This document shows, piece after piece, positions 40,096 to 48,467 of a stretch of DNA of 64,000 nt (within the stretch, counting starts at the first letter, position 1; every line of letters starts with the position of its first letter). The notes beneath the pieces were generated by a model. That model saw only the letters and a list, made by a program, of their open reading frames with translations, made no database searches and was not told the DNA's origin. This DNA is from Bacillota bacterium (lineage in GTDB: Bacteria; Bacillota; Sulfobacillia; DUMF01): NCBI GenBank assembly GCA_049718765.1, contig JBNARI010000001.1:109697-173696 (forward strand), in the 5' to 3' direction. The position numbers and the translations under genes are program-made.

Positions 40096-41304
40096 TCACC
40101 CAAGGAGCTGTTCGTCATAGGGGAACTTGGTCAAGATCTCGTTTCCGTTTTCGGTGACCAGGATAGTGTCCTCGAGCCTCACACCTCCTCCACCCGGAAC
40201 GCCGGGCACCAAGATTGCCGGTTCGCAGGAGAAAACCATTCCTGGCTGGAACTCGTACACTTTCTCTCCCGTTGCTGCAAGCTCGCCGATTAGAGGCGCT
40301 TCGAAGCCAGAAATTCCAATTCCATGGCCCAGAATCCCCAGGAAACCGTACTCGCCGAAACCGTGCTTCTTTATCACGTCACGCGCAGCCTTGCTCAGCT
40401 CCTCGTTGGTATGTCCCGGTTTGAGTAGCTCATGCACGACCATCATTTCCTCATAGACCGCATTGTAGATTCGCTTCTGCATGTCGTTGGGTTTGCCGAA
40501 GATCACGGTCCTCGTGAAGTCCGAGAAGTACCCGTTGAAGCAGCCGCCGAGGTCCATGAACACAAGGTCTCCGCGCCTGATCATTTTGTCGGAGGCAAAG
40601 CGGTGGAGCGGTGCGGTGTTCTCGCCAGAGGTGACGATAAGGTTGCACTGAGGTACTTCCATGCCGAGGGAGTAGAACACCTTCATCACTTCGCCCAAGA
40701 TCTCGCATTCCCTGGCACCAGCGCGTATGGACTTGACCGCTGTTTCCATGCCTACCTCTGCGCACTGGGACGAGATCTTCATGAGCTTTATCTCTTCAGG
40801 GTTCTTTATTGCCTTTGCTTCCTTAACGCATTCGTCGCCATCCACAATGGTGGCGTTGGGAAGGTGTCTCTTGAGGGCGTACAGCATGTCGATGGTTGCA
40901 GCGTCTACGCCTATCCGGCCATTTGCCACGCCCAAGTCCGAGAGTGTCCTAGCGAATTCCTTCACCATGGTATCCGTGACGCCCGGGTCTTCCATGGAAG
41001 CGCACGGACGAATGTTTTCTGGCGGCAGCCAATGCATTGTGGCACGGCAGCGGGCCCAGTCGCCGCTGGTAACGTACAGAATGGGATCGCCCTTGAGCGC
41101 CATGATTGAAGCATTGCGGGTGATGAACGTAATTGGCCACCACAGGGGACGCATGCCCGTCATGTACCTGATGTTTTCGGCACGGAAGGTGATGAGGGCA
41201 TCTAGCTCGTGTTTCTTCATCATCTCCCTGAGCCGGTTGACGCGCCCTTCCCTTAGGGTTTTGAAATCGACTCTTGTGTCCGTCCAGTCAACTGCGAAGT
41301 ACAT
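40096..41304 (-). CDS. M24 family metallopeptidase (creatinase / Xaa-Pro peptidase / ectoine-hydrolase-like; specificity unknown)
   Basis: Creatinase/prolidase N-terminal domain plus the M24 catalytic domain (DLVFMDLGGCFNGYFSD…LGHGIGISGFE…). Confidence 0.8.
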   Translation of the reverse strand: MYFAVDWTDTRVDFKTLREGRVNRLREMMKKHELDALITFRAENIRYMTGMRPLWWPITFITRNASIMALKGDPILYVTSGDWARCRATMHWLPPENIRPCASMEDPGVTDTMVKEFARTLSDLGVANGRIGVDAATIDMLYALKRHLPNATIVDGDECVKEAKAIKNPEEIKLMKISSQCAEVGMETAVKSIRAGARECEILGEVMKVFYSLGMEVPQCNLIVTSGENTAPLHRFASDKMIRRGDLVFMDLGGCFNGYFSDFTRTVIFGKPNDMQKRIYNAVYEEMMVVHELLKPGHTNEELSKAARDVIKKHGFGEYGFLGILGHGIGISGFEAPLIGELAATGEKVYEFQPGMVFSCEPAILVPGVPGGGGVRLEDTILVTENGNEILTKFPYDEQLLG

Positions 41305-41343
41305 TGAGATGCCTCCTCTTCCACAAAAGTTGCGTTGGTCAAG

Positions 41344-42012
41344 CTAAATGGAATTGCGGTTCTTGCCGACAAAGTCCTCTACTTCAATGCTCACCCTAAT
41401 CTTTTGATCGCTCACCACCTTTGCCAGAAGGTCATAGTCACGCTTGAGCACTGCCTCCAGCATTTGACGGTGTTCTTGGAGGGATTGCTCAGCTGAAAGC
41501 GTCATCACATTGAAAATTGCCCTGGCTCTTTCGGACCGGTTCCAAAGTTCTTCAATGAGGCGCAGCAGCTTGCTGTTGTTACATCTACTGTACAGGAGCG
41601 AGTGGAATTCCCTATCTGCCTTGGAATAGTCCCAGAATCTGCGCTGGGTCTTGCATTCTTCCATGTGAGCCAGCAGCTCTCGAAGGCGATCGATATCTGC
41701 TTCCGTAAGAGCAGGTGCAGACAAGCGGGCTGCAAGTGCCTCGAGCGCACTGCGGATGACCATTGTTTCCTTTAAGTCTTGGATAGAAGGGGAGCTGACC
41801 ACTGTTCCAACATAAGGGGTGCTCACGACGAGCCCCTCGGATTCCAGTCTCTTCATGGCTTCTCTAACGGGTATTTCGCTGACGTCAAACCTGGAAGCTA
41901 CCTCTCGAATGACAACTCTTGCACCGGGGGGAAGGGTCCCACTGATGATTTCACTGCGCAATGCCTCGTAAACCTCTTCGGCCTTGGTCTTATGAACCTC
42001 GTTTGGTCTCAT
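41344..42012 (-). CDS. GntR-family transcriptional regulator (FadR/FCD subfamily)
   Basis: N-terminal wHTH (GTLPPGARVVIREVASRFDVSEIPVREAMKRLESEGLV) and the C-terminal FCD ligand-binding domain. First gene of the minus-strand catabolic cluster. Confidence 0.85.
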   Translation of the reverse strand: MRPNEVHKTKAEEVYEALRSEIISGTLPPGARVVIREVASRFDVSEIPVREAMKRLESEGLVVSTPYVGTVVSSPSIQDLKETMVIRSALEALAARLSAPALTEADIDRLRELLAHMEECKTQRRFWDYSKADREFHSLLYSRCNNSKLLRLIEELWNRSERARAIFNVMTLSAEQSLQEHRQMLEAVLKRDYDLLAKVVSDQKIRVSIEVEDFVGKNRNSI

Positions 42013-42040
42013 TTAGCCAACCTGCCCTGCCTCAAGTCTT

Positions 42041-42120
42041 ATCGAATATCCAATTGGGTATCACACATCATATATTCGATTCCCGAACCCAAATTCCTGC
42101 AAGTTGGGTTCGTTTGAATT
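42041..42120 (+). promoter_or_regulatory. two palindromic elements in the divergent GntR / binding-protein intergenic region (candidate operator and hairpin)
   Basis: ATCGAATAT (42041–42049) and ATATTCGAT (42072–42080) are inverted repeats flanking CCAATTGG. CGAACCCAA (42084–42092) and TTGGGTTCG (42104–42112) form a perfect 9-bp stem followed by TTTGAATT. Confidence 0.3.
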
Positions 42121-42215
42121 GAGCAGAATTTCAGGTGGTCGGAAAAGAGGATATCATACAATCTGCGTCGTAATGGTTATGCAGGCCAAAATCTTCTGGA
42201 GGATGGATGGGGTAA

Positions 42216-43457
42216 ATGAAGAGTTCACACAGGTTTTTGGCTTGGGTGCTGTTCCTGATAATAATGCTTGTTAGCTTATCCGGGTGCAGTGCAGGCGTGC
42301 AGCAAGAAAAGACCCTGAAAGTGGGATTGCTTGGGCCGCTAACTGGTACCTTTGCAGCGCTGGGCCTGGACATGCGGGACGGGATGATGCTCTACCTTGA
42401 AGAGAGAGGGAACAAGATTGGGGACTATAAGGTAGAGGTTGTAGTGGAGGACGACACGAACGACCCGGCAACCTCACTGACCAAGGCGAGAAAACTTGTG
42501 GAAAAAGACAAGGTAGATCTTATTGTCGGACCAATATCGGCGGCGTGTGGTCTTGCCGTGGCAGAATACTGTAATAACAACAAGGTGCCCCTCCTCATGC
42601 CAGTTACATCAGCAGAAGACCTAACTCAACGTAAGCGAAGTGAGTACGTCATTAGGACAGGATGGACAAGTGCACAGCCTATGCATCCTTTTGGGGAGTA
42701 TGCCTTCAAGGAACTCGGATTAAGGAAGATAACCGCGATTGGGCACGATTATGCATTTGGGCACGAGGTGATTGCTGGGTTCCAGCGCACTTTTGAAGAG
42801 GCCGGTGGCAAGATCTTGAAGAAAATCTGGGTTCCCAGTGGCACTCCAGATTTCGGCCCGTATCTCGCGCAGGTATCCTCGGACAGCGATGCGGTTGTTG
42901 CGTGCTTCTCTGGAAGCGATGCCATACGTTTTGTAAAGCAGTACAAGGAGTTTGGGTTAGGTGGCAAGGTTCAGCTGCTGGGCGTTGGAACCTTGACAGA
43001 CGAACACGTATTATATTCCATGGGGGATGAGGCTATAGGCATCATTACGGCACTCCACTACAGCCCTACCCTGCCATATCCGGAAACCAAGAAGCTGGTT
43101 GACGGATTCTCCAAGAAGACAGGTAGAATTCCGTCATACTACGTTGACGGTTCCTATACTGCCATGACGTTCCTTGAGGCAGGACTCAAGGCTGCTGGAA
43201 GTCTCAAGGACGTGCGGGCTTTCAGTAAGCCCCTTCAGAACCTTGTTGTGAATTCGGCAAGGGGTCCGGTTAAGCTTGACCAGTACAACAATCCGATTCA
43301 GAACATTTACATACGCAAAGTGGAGAAAGTAAATGGCAAACTGCAAAACACGGTGATCAAGACGTATGAAGGCGTAAGCCAGTTCTGGAAGTACAACCCT
43401 GAGGAGTTTCTCAAGAATCCTGTTTACTCACGGGATTATCCGCCTCTGAAGAACTAA
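42216..43457 (+). CDS. ABC transporter substrate-binding lipoprotein, branched-chain amino acid / amide (LivJ/Peripla_BP_6) type; orphan (no cognate permease adjacent)
   Basis: Signal peptide plus lipobox (LSGCSAG) and a type-I periplasmic binding-protein fold (KVGLLGPLTGTFAALG…). Confidence 0.8.
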   Translation: MKSSHRFLAWVLFLIIMLVSLSGCSAGVQQEKTLKVGLLGPLTGTFAALGLDMRDGMMLYLEERGNKIGDYKVEVVVEDDTNDPATSLTKARKLVEKDKVDLIVGPISAACGLAVAEYCNNNKVPLLMPVTSAEDLTQRKRSEYVIRTGWTSAQPMHPFGEYAFKELGLRKITAIGHDYAFGHEVIAGFQRTFEEAGGKILKKIWVPSGTPDFGPYLAQVSSDSDAVVACFSGSDAIRFVKQYKEFGLGGKVQLLGVGTLTDEHVLYSMGDEAIGIITALHYSPTLPYPETKKLVDGFSKKTGRIPSYYVDGSYTAMTFLEAGLKAAGSLKDVRAFSKPLQNLVVNSARGPVKLDQYNNPIQNIYIRKVEKVNGKLQNTVIKTYEGVSQFWKYNPEEFLKNPVYSRDYPPLKN

Positions 43458-43481
43458 TGCCGGTAAGCCCAAGATAGAGGT

Positions 43482-43521
43482 AGGCCTGGTCGAAGGCTCC
43501 CGCAGCCATACGGCCAGGCCT
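43482..43521 (+). terminator. candidate terminator hairpin after the binding-protein gene
   Basis: GGCCTGGTCG…CGGCCAGGCC imperfect 10-bp stem with a long loop. The tail TTCGATTCTG is only weakly U-rich. Confidence 0.3.
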
Positions 43522-43532
43522 TCGATTCTGCA

Positions 43533-43627
43533 AATCCGAACAATCCTGCGTCAGAACGACCAAGATACGCCCACCCAACTGGAATGAATACGAATGCTGT
43601 AGTAAAATCGGATTAGATCGTTCGGAT
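43533..43627 (+). promoter_or_regulatory. PurBox-like operator elements (Firmicutes PurR sites) upstream of the permease-pur operon
   Basis: AAATCCGAACAAT (43533–43545) matches the B. subtilis PurBox consensus AWWWCCGAACWWT exactly. Inverted partial copies CGTTCGGAT (43619–43627) and ATACGAATG (43588–43596) also occur. The inter-box spacing is longer than the canonical about 16–17 bp. Confidence 0.35.
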
Positions 43628-43650
43628 CAAGACTAGCAGAACCTAGCAGA

Positions 43651-44970
43651 ATGGAGGGCATGGCGTTGTTAGAGAAGTTGTTCAAGTTAAGCCAAAACGG
43701 TACTGACGTCAAGACTGAGGTCATTGCAGGAGTCACAACGTTCATGACAATGGCCTACATAATCTTCGTCAACCCAAGCATATTGAGCAAGGCCGGAATG
43801 GACTTCGGCGCTGTGATGACCGCTACGGTGCTGTCTGCAGCGTTCACCACCTTGCTCAACGGCCTCTTCGCCAACATTCCCTTTGCTCTGGCAAGCGGCA
43901 TGGGGCTAAACGCTTTCTTTGCCTTCGTGGTCGCAAAGCAGGTTGGCTGGCAAGCTGCGCTTGGCTGCGTGTTCATCGAAGGAATTGCCTTCCTTGTGCT
44001 GGCTCTCACAGGAGTGCTCAGTGCAGCTGATGCAGCCGTTCCGGCCAGCCTGAAGCGAGCAGTCTCCGTTGGGATCGGCTTGTTCATCGCGCTGATTGGT
44101 ATGCGCAGTGCTGGTCTGGTGGTAGGCCATCCGGAAACTCTCATTACCATGGGTGATTTTGCAAAACCAGGTCCTGCACTGTCGTTGATAGGTCTGGTAA
44201 TAACTGCTGCGCTGATGGCGCTCAGGGTTAGAGGGGCAATCTTGCTCGGTATTTTGATCACCACGGTGATCGGTATCCCAATGGGGGTAACTAAAGTTGC
44301 GGGGTCCATAGTTGGGAAACCGGCCTCCTTGGCGCCTGTGTTCATGAAGATGGACATTGCGGGTGCCCTTTCAGCTGGACTTATGACCATTTTTGCCTTC
44401 GGCTTCGTGGACATTTTCGACACCATGGGAACTCTGGTGGGCACTGCGGCGAGGGCGGGGCTCCTGGATGAAAAGGGCAGGTATCCGAAGACCAAGCCTG
44501 CCATGATAGTTGATGCCATCGGTACCATACTTGGAGCCGTCCTTGGTACAAGCACTGTCACCACGTACGTGGAGAGTTCTGCAGGCATTGCTGAGGGTGG
44601 CCGCACTGGGCTCACGTCAGTGGTTGTTGCTCTGTTATTCCTGCTGAGCTTGGTGTTCAGCCCCCTCGCAGGCATGATACCTGCAGAAGCGACTGCGCCT
44701 GCTCTGGTGATCGTGGGAGTGCTCATGATGGGTGCCGTGGTGAAGATCAACTTCGAGGACTTCACTGAGGCCTTCCCTGCGTTCATGACCATAGCAGTGA
44801 TGCCCTTCACTGGAAGCATCGCGTCAGGTATAGCGGCAGGGTTTGTCACATATCCTCTTGTCAAGCTGTTTGCGGGGAGAGCCCGTGAAGTGCACTGGGC
44901 GGTATGGGTGTTGGGAGTACTTTCCTTCCTGCACTTCGTGCCGTCGCTTGCCAAGGCGCTTGGGCTGTGA
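43651..44970 (+). CDS. pbuG: NCS2/AzgA-family purine (guanine/hypoxanthine/adenine) permease
   Basis: N-terminal LFKLSQNGTDVKTEVIAGVTTFMTMAYIIFVNPSIL is the hallmark AzgA/PbuG N-terminus. About 13 transmembrane segments. Immediately upstream of purE. Confidence 0.8.
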   Translation: MEGMALLEKLFKLSQNGTDVKTEVIAGVTTFMTMAYIIFVNPSILSKAGMDFGAVMTATVLSAAFTTLLNGLFANIPFALASGMGLNAFFAFVVAKQVGWQAALGCVFIEGIAFLVLALTGVLSAADAAVPASLKRAVSVGIGLFIALIGMRSAGLVVGHPETLITMGDFAKPGPALSLIGLVITAALMALRVRGAILLGILITTVIGIPMGVTKVAGSIVGKPASLAPVFMKMDIAGALSAGLMTIFAFGFVDIFDTMGTLVGTAARAGLLDEKGRYPKTKPAMIVDAIGTILGAVLGTSTVTTYVESSAGIAEGGRTGLTSVVVALLFLLSLVFSPLAGMIPAEATAPALVIVGVLMMGAVVKINFEDFTEAFPAFMTIAVMPFTGSIASGIAAGFVTYPLVKLFAGRAREVHWAVWVLGVLSFLHFVPSLAKALGL

Positions 44971-44980
44971 GGTGTAGCCA

Positions 44981-45499
44981 ATGGACAGGCCGGTTGTGGG
45001 AATAGTGATGGGGAGCGATTCTGACCTCCCCATCCTTTCAGAAGCGGTCCGTGTTCTGGACATGTTGGGCATAAGGTATGAGCTTACAATTGCTTCTGCC
45101 CACCGCACCCCTGAGAAGGTGCTCGAGTACGCCAGGACCGCGCGGGCAAGGGGGCTGAAAGTGATAATTGCGGCTGCAGGGCTCGCGGCACACCTGCCGG
45201 GTTTCATTGCAGCAAACACTGTGCTACCGGTGGTGGGGGTCCCAATAGCGGCTGGGCCGCTCAACGGCGTGGACGCGCTGTACTCCATCGTGCAGATGCC
45301 TCCTGGCGTTCCAGTGGCTTGTGTGGGCATTTCTGCGGCGCGAAATGCAGCGCTGCTTGCTGCCCAAATCCTTGCAGTTGCCGACGAAACCCTCATGGGT
45401 AAACTCGAGACTTTGAGGCGGGCAATGGCGGAAGAGGTGGCTGCCAAGGCCAGACGCCTTGAGCAGTCCAGGTCAACCCAGGAGGGCGGAGGACAATGA
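44981..45499 (+). CDS. purE: N5-carboxyaminoimidazole ribonucleotide mutase (class I PurE)
   Basis: VVGIVMGSDSDLPIL…IASAHRTPEKV (the class I SAHR motif)…AGLAAHLPGFIAANTVLPVVGVP. Confidence 0.9.
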   Translation: MDRPVVGIVMGSDSDLPILSEAVRVLDMLGIRYELTIASAHRTPEKVLEYARTARARGLKVIIAAAGLAAHLPGFIAANTVLPVVGVPIAAGPLNGVDALYSIVQMPPGVPVACVGISAARNAALLAAQILAVADETLMGKLETLRRAMAEEVAAKARRLEQSRSTQEGGGQ

Positions 45500-46794
45500 T
45501 CGGTAGGTACACGAGGCCGCCAATGAGGGAACTTTGGAGCGAGGAAAACAAGTACCGAACATGGTTAGAAGTGGAGATCCTTGCAGCGGAGGCCTGGGCT
45601 CAGCTAGGGGAGATACCGCCCGAAGCACCTGGGCTAATAAGGCAAAAGGCGAGGGTAGACCCTGCCAGGATTGCCCAGATTGAGGCTGAGGTCAAACACG
45701 ACGTGATTGCCTTCGTTAGCGCCGTTGCCGAAACGGTTGGGGAATACGGCAAATACGTGCATTACGGCCTTACTTCCTACGACGTGGTGGATACTGCCCT
45801 GGCTGTTCTGACCATCCGTGCCACTGATATGGTTCTGGAAGGCGCTCGGGCGCTTGCGGAGTCCTTGAAAGGCGCCGCCAGGAAGTACAAGCTGACCCCA
45901 ATGATTGGGCGCACCCACGGCGTTCACGCTGAGCCAATTACTCTTGGTCTGAAGTTCGCGGTTTGGTACCAGGAGACCCTGAGGAACATCGATCGCCTTG
46001 AGCATGCAAGGGAAAACGTGCGGGTGGGCAAACTCTCCGGGGCTGTTGGAACTTACGCCCACGTACCCCCTTTCGTGGAAGAGTACGTGTGTGAGAAGTT
46101 GGGCTTGAAGCCAGCGCCAGCTTCCACCCAGGTAGTTCAGAGGGACCGCCACGCGGAGCTTGTGTGTGCCCTTGCCCAGCTTGCCACTTCCATTGAGAAG
46201 TTCGCGACTGAGGTGCGGGCCCTGCAGCGCACCGAAATCGGGGAGTTGGAAGAGCCTTTTGCCAAGGGGCAAAAGGGGAGCTCCGCCATGCCCCACAAGA
46301 GGAATCCGGTGGTGTGCGAGCAGCTTTGCGGGCTCGCACGGGTAATGCGGGGCTATGCCCTTGCTGCTATGGAGAATCAGGTGCTTTGGGGGGAAAGGGA
46401 CATATCCAACTCCTCCGTGGAGAGGATAGTGCTTGTGGACGCCACCACGCTGGCTGACTACATGGTCAGCCGATTTGCTTGGGTGATAGATAACCTGAGG
46501 GTACGCCAGGAACGGCTCAGGGAAAACCTTGAATTGACCAAGGGCTTGGTGTTTTCCGAAGACCTGCTGCTTGCGTTGATCAAAAAGGGGCTACAAAGGG
46601 AAGAGGCATACTCTTGGGTACAGGGACTAGCGATGGACGCGTGGGAAAAGGGTGGCGACTTTAAGGCCATGGTGTTGCAGGACCTAAGGATCAGGAGTTT
46701 GTTGAGCCAGGAGGAAATAGAGGCGTGTTTTGCGCCTGAGAACCATTTCAAATGGGTGGACATGATTTTCAAGAGGTGTGGAATCCAAAAGTGA
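45496..46794 (+). CDS. purB: adenylosuccinate lyase
   Basis: MIGRYTRPPMRELWSEENKYRTWLEVEILAAEAW…, the fumarate-lyase signature GSSAMPHKRNP. ATGA overlap with purE. Confidence 0.95.
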   Translation: MIGRYTRPPMRELWSEENKYRTWLEVEILAAEAWAQLGEIPPEAPGLIRQKARVDPARIAQIEAEVKHDVIAFVSAVAETVGEYGKYVHYGLTSYDVVDTALAVLTIRATDMVLEGARALAESLKGAARKYKLTPMIGRTHGVHAEPITLGLKFAVWYQETLRNIDRLEHARENVRVGKLSGAVGTYAHVPPFVEEYVCEKLGLKPAPASTQVVQRDRHAELVCALAQLATSIEKFATEVRALQRTEIGELEEPFAKGQKGSSAMPHKRNPVVCEQLCGLARVMRGYALAAMENQVLWGERDISNSSVERIVLVDATTLADYMVSRFAWVIDNLRVRQERLRENLELTKGLVFSEDLLLALIKKGLQREEAYSWVQGLAMDAWEKGGDFKAMVLQDLRIRSLLSQEEIEACFAPENHFKWVDMIFKRCGIQK

Positions 46795-47510
46795 CGGAGG
46801 GGTGGGCCGTGGTTAAGGGCGAAAAGCTGTACGAGGGCAAGGCCAAGGTGGTTTACTCCACCGACGATCCAGGCAAGCTGTGGATGCATTTCAAGGATGA
46901 GGCTACTGCTTTTGATGGCAAGAAGAAAGGCATAATCCAAAACAAGGGGTACCTGAACGCTCAAATTTCCGCGAAGCTCTTCGGCGTGCTGTCCAGAAGC
47001 GGGATCCCAACCCATTTCCTGCACCTGGAGGGGCCACAGGACATGATCGTCAAGAAAGTGGAGATCGTTCCTGTGGAAGTAGTGGTGCGCAACGTTGTGG
47101 CAGGCAGCATGGCCAAACGCCTGGGCATGGAAGAAGGGTACAAGCTTCCCAAACCAGTACTGGAGTTCTACTACAAAAGCGACCCACTGGGGGACCCCTG
47201 GGTGAACGAGTACCACATAGAGGCGTTTGGCTGGGCAACGGCTGACGAGATCGAGACGATCAAGCACACTGCGCTTGCGGTGAACCAGGTGCTTGCAGAG
47301 CACTTCCGCAGGGTGGGGATAATGCTGGTTGATTTCAAGCTCGAGTTCGGTAGGGCAGATGGGCAAGTTATCGTGGCAGACGAGATATCCCCTGACACCT
47401 GCCGCCTGTGGGATGCCCGGTCAGGAGAGAAGCTGGACAAGGATAGGTTTAGGCGGGACATGGGCGGAGTGGAGGACGCTTACGAGGAAGTGCTGCGGCG
47501 GCTGAGCTAG
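46791..47510 (+). CDS. purC: SAICAR synthetase
   Basis: VVKGEKLYEGKAKVVYSTDDP… GTG start overlapping the purB stop (GTGA). The track ORF begins further upstream at 46752. Confidence 0.9.
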   Translation: MTEGWAVVKGEKLYEGKAKVVYSTDDPGKLWMHFKDEATAFDGKKKGIIQNKGYLNAQISAKLFGVLSRSGIPTHFLHLEGPQDMIVKKVEIVPVEVVVRNVVAGSMAKRLGMEEGYKLPKPVLEFYYKSDPLGDPWVNEYHIEAFGWATADEIETIKHTALAVNQVLAEHFRRVGIMLVDFKLEFGRADGQVIVADEISPDTCRLWDARSGEKLDKDRFRRDMGGVEDAYEEVLRRLS

Positions 47511-47537
47511 GCTTGCTGGAATCGTGGGGGTGGTAGC

Positions 47538-47792
47538 TTGGAGTTTGAAGCCCGCATTGAAATCATGCTGAAGGACACCGTCTCGGACCCCCAGGGCCAG
47601 GCGGTGTGTTCCGCATTGAGGAACATGGGGTTTTCTGGTACCCGAGAAGTGAGGGTGGGCAAGCTCATACGGCTGAGGCTCGAAGCTGAAAACGAAGGGA
47701 TTGCCCACGCCATTGTGGACGAGATGTGCCGGAAACTGCTGGCAAACCCCGTGATCGAAAATTACGGGTTCGAGCTGGGGGTGTGCAAGTGA
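47538..47792 (+). CDS. purS: FGAM synthase PurS subunit
   Basis: 84 aa; [20 protein letters not shown]…VIENYGFEL. Confidence 0.9.
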   Translation: MEFEARIEIMLKDTVSDPQGQAVCSALRNMGFSGTREVRVGKLIRLRLEAENEGIAHAIVDEMCRKLLANPVIENYGFELGVCK

Positions 47793-48466
47793 AATTCGGC
47801 GTAGTAGTTTTCCCCGGATCGAACTGCGACTCCGACTGTTATCACGCGCTCAAAGACGTGTTGGGGGTTGACGTTGATTACATTTGGCACAAGTCTGGTG
47901 ACGTTTCTGGGTACGACTGCATTGTGCTACCTGGTGGCTTTTCCTATGGCGACTACTTGCGCGCTGGGGCCATCGCCAGGTTTTCACCTGTAATGCGGGC
48001 GGTGGAGAAGTATGCAAGAGCTGGTGGGCTTGTGCTGGGAATCTGTAACGGCTTCCAAATACTGCTCGAGGCTGGCCTTTTGCCCGGGGCAATGCGACGC
48101 AATGACTGTCTGCAGTTCAGGTGCGAGTACGTGGAGATCGTTGTGGAGAACTGCCATACTCCCTTCACCCGTGAGTGTAAAGCTGGACAAGTGCTTCGGA
48201 TGCCCATTGCCCACGGCGAGGGCAACTACTATGTGGAGCCGGAAACCCTCAGGAAGTTGGAGCGTAATGGCCAAATAGTGCTCAGGTACGGGCAAAACCC
48301 AAACGGCTCTGTGAGCAGCGTTGCTGCCGTAGCAAACCAAGAGGGCAACGTGCTCGGAATGATGCCCCATCCCGAGCGATGCTGCGAGAACGTGCTTGGG
48401 GGAACTGATGGGCGGCTGATCTTCGAGTCGGTGATCGGCTACCTGGGCTCGGTGAGGTGGTCCTGA
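47789..48466 (+). CDS. purQ: FGAM synthase glutamine amidotransferase subunit
   Basis: [20 protein letters not shown]…[10 protein letters not shown]…MPHPER. GTG overlaps the purS stop (GTGA). Confidence 0.9.
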   Translation: MKFGVVVFPGSNCDSDCYHALKDVLGVDVDYIWHKSGDVSGYDCIVLPGGFSYGDYLRAGAIARFSPVMRAVEKYARAGGLVLGICNGFQILLEAGLLPGAMRRNDCLQFRCEYVEIVVENCHTPFTRECKAGQVLRMPIAHGEGNYYVEPETLRKLERNGQIVLRYGQNPNGSVSSVAAVANQEGNVLGMMPHPERCCENVLGGTDGRLIFESVIGYLGSVRWS

Positions 48467-48467
48467 C

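Noticed and set aside
43458-43650. Expected purine (guanine/adenine) riboswitch upstream of the pbuG-like permease
   Set aside because: I could not find the conserved aptamer core (…UAUA..GGAU.UGGCCC…GUUUCUACC…CCGUAAAU…). The region instead shows PurBox-like CCGAAC repeats.
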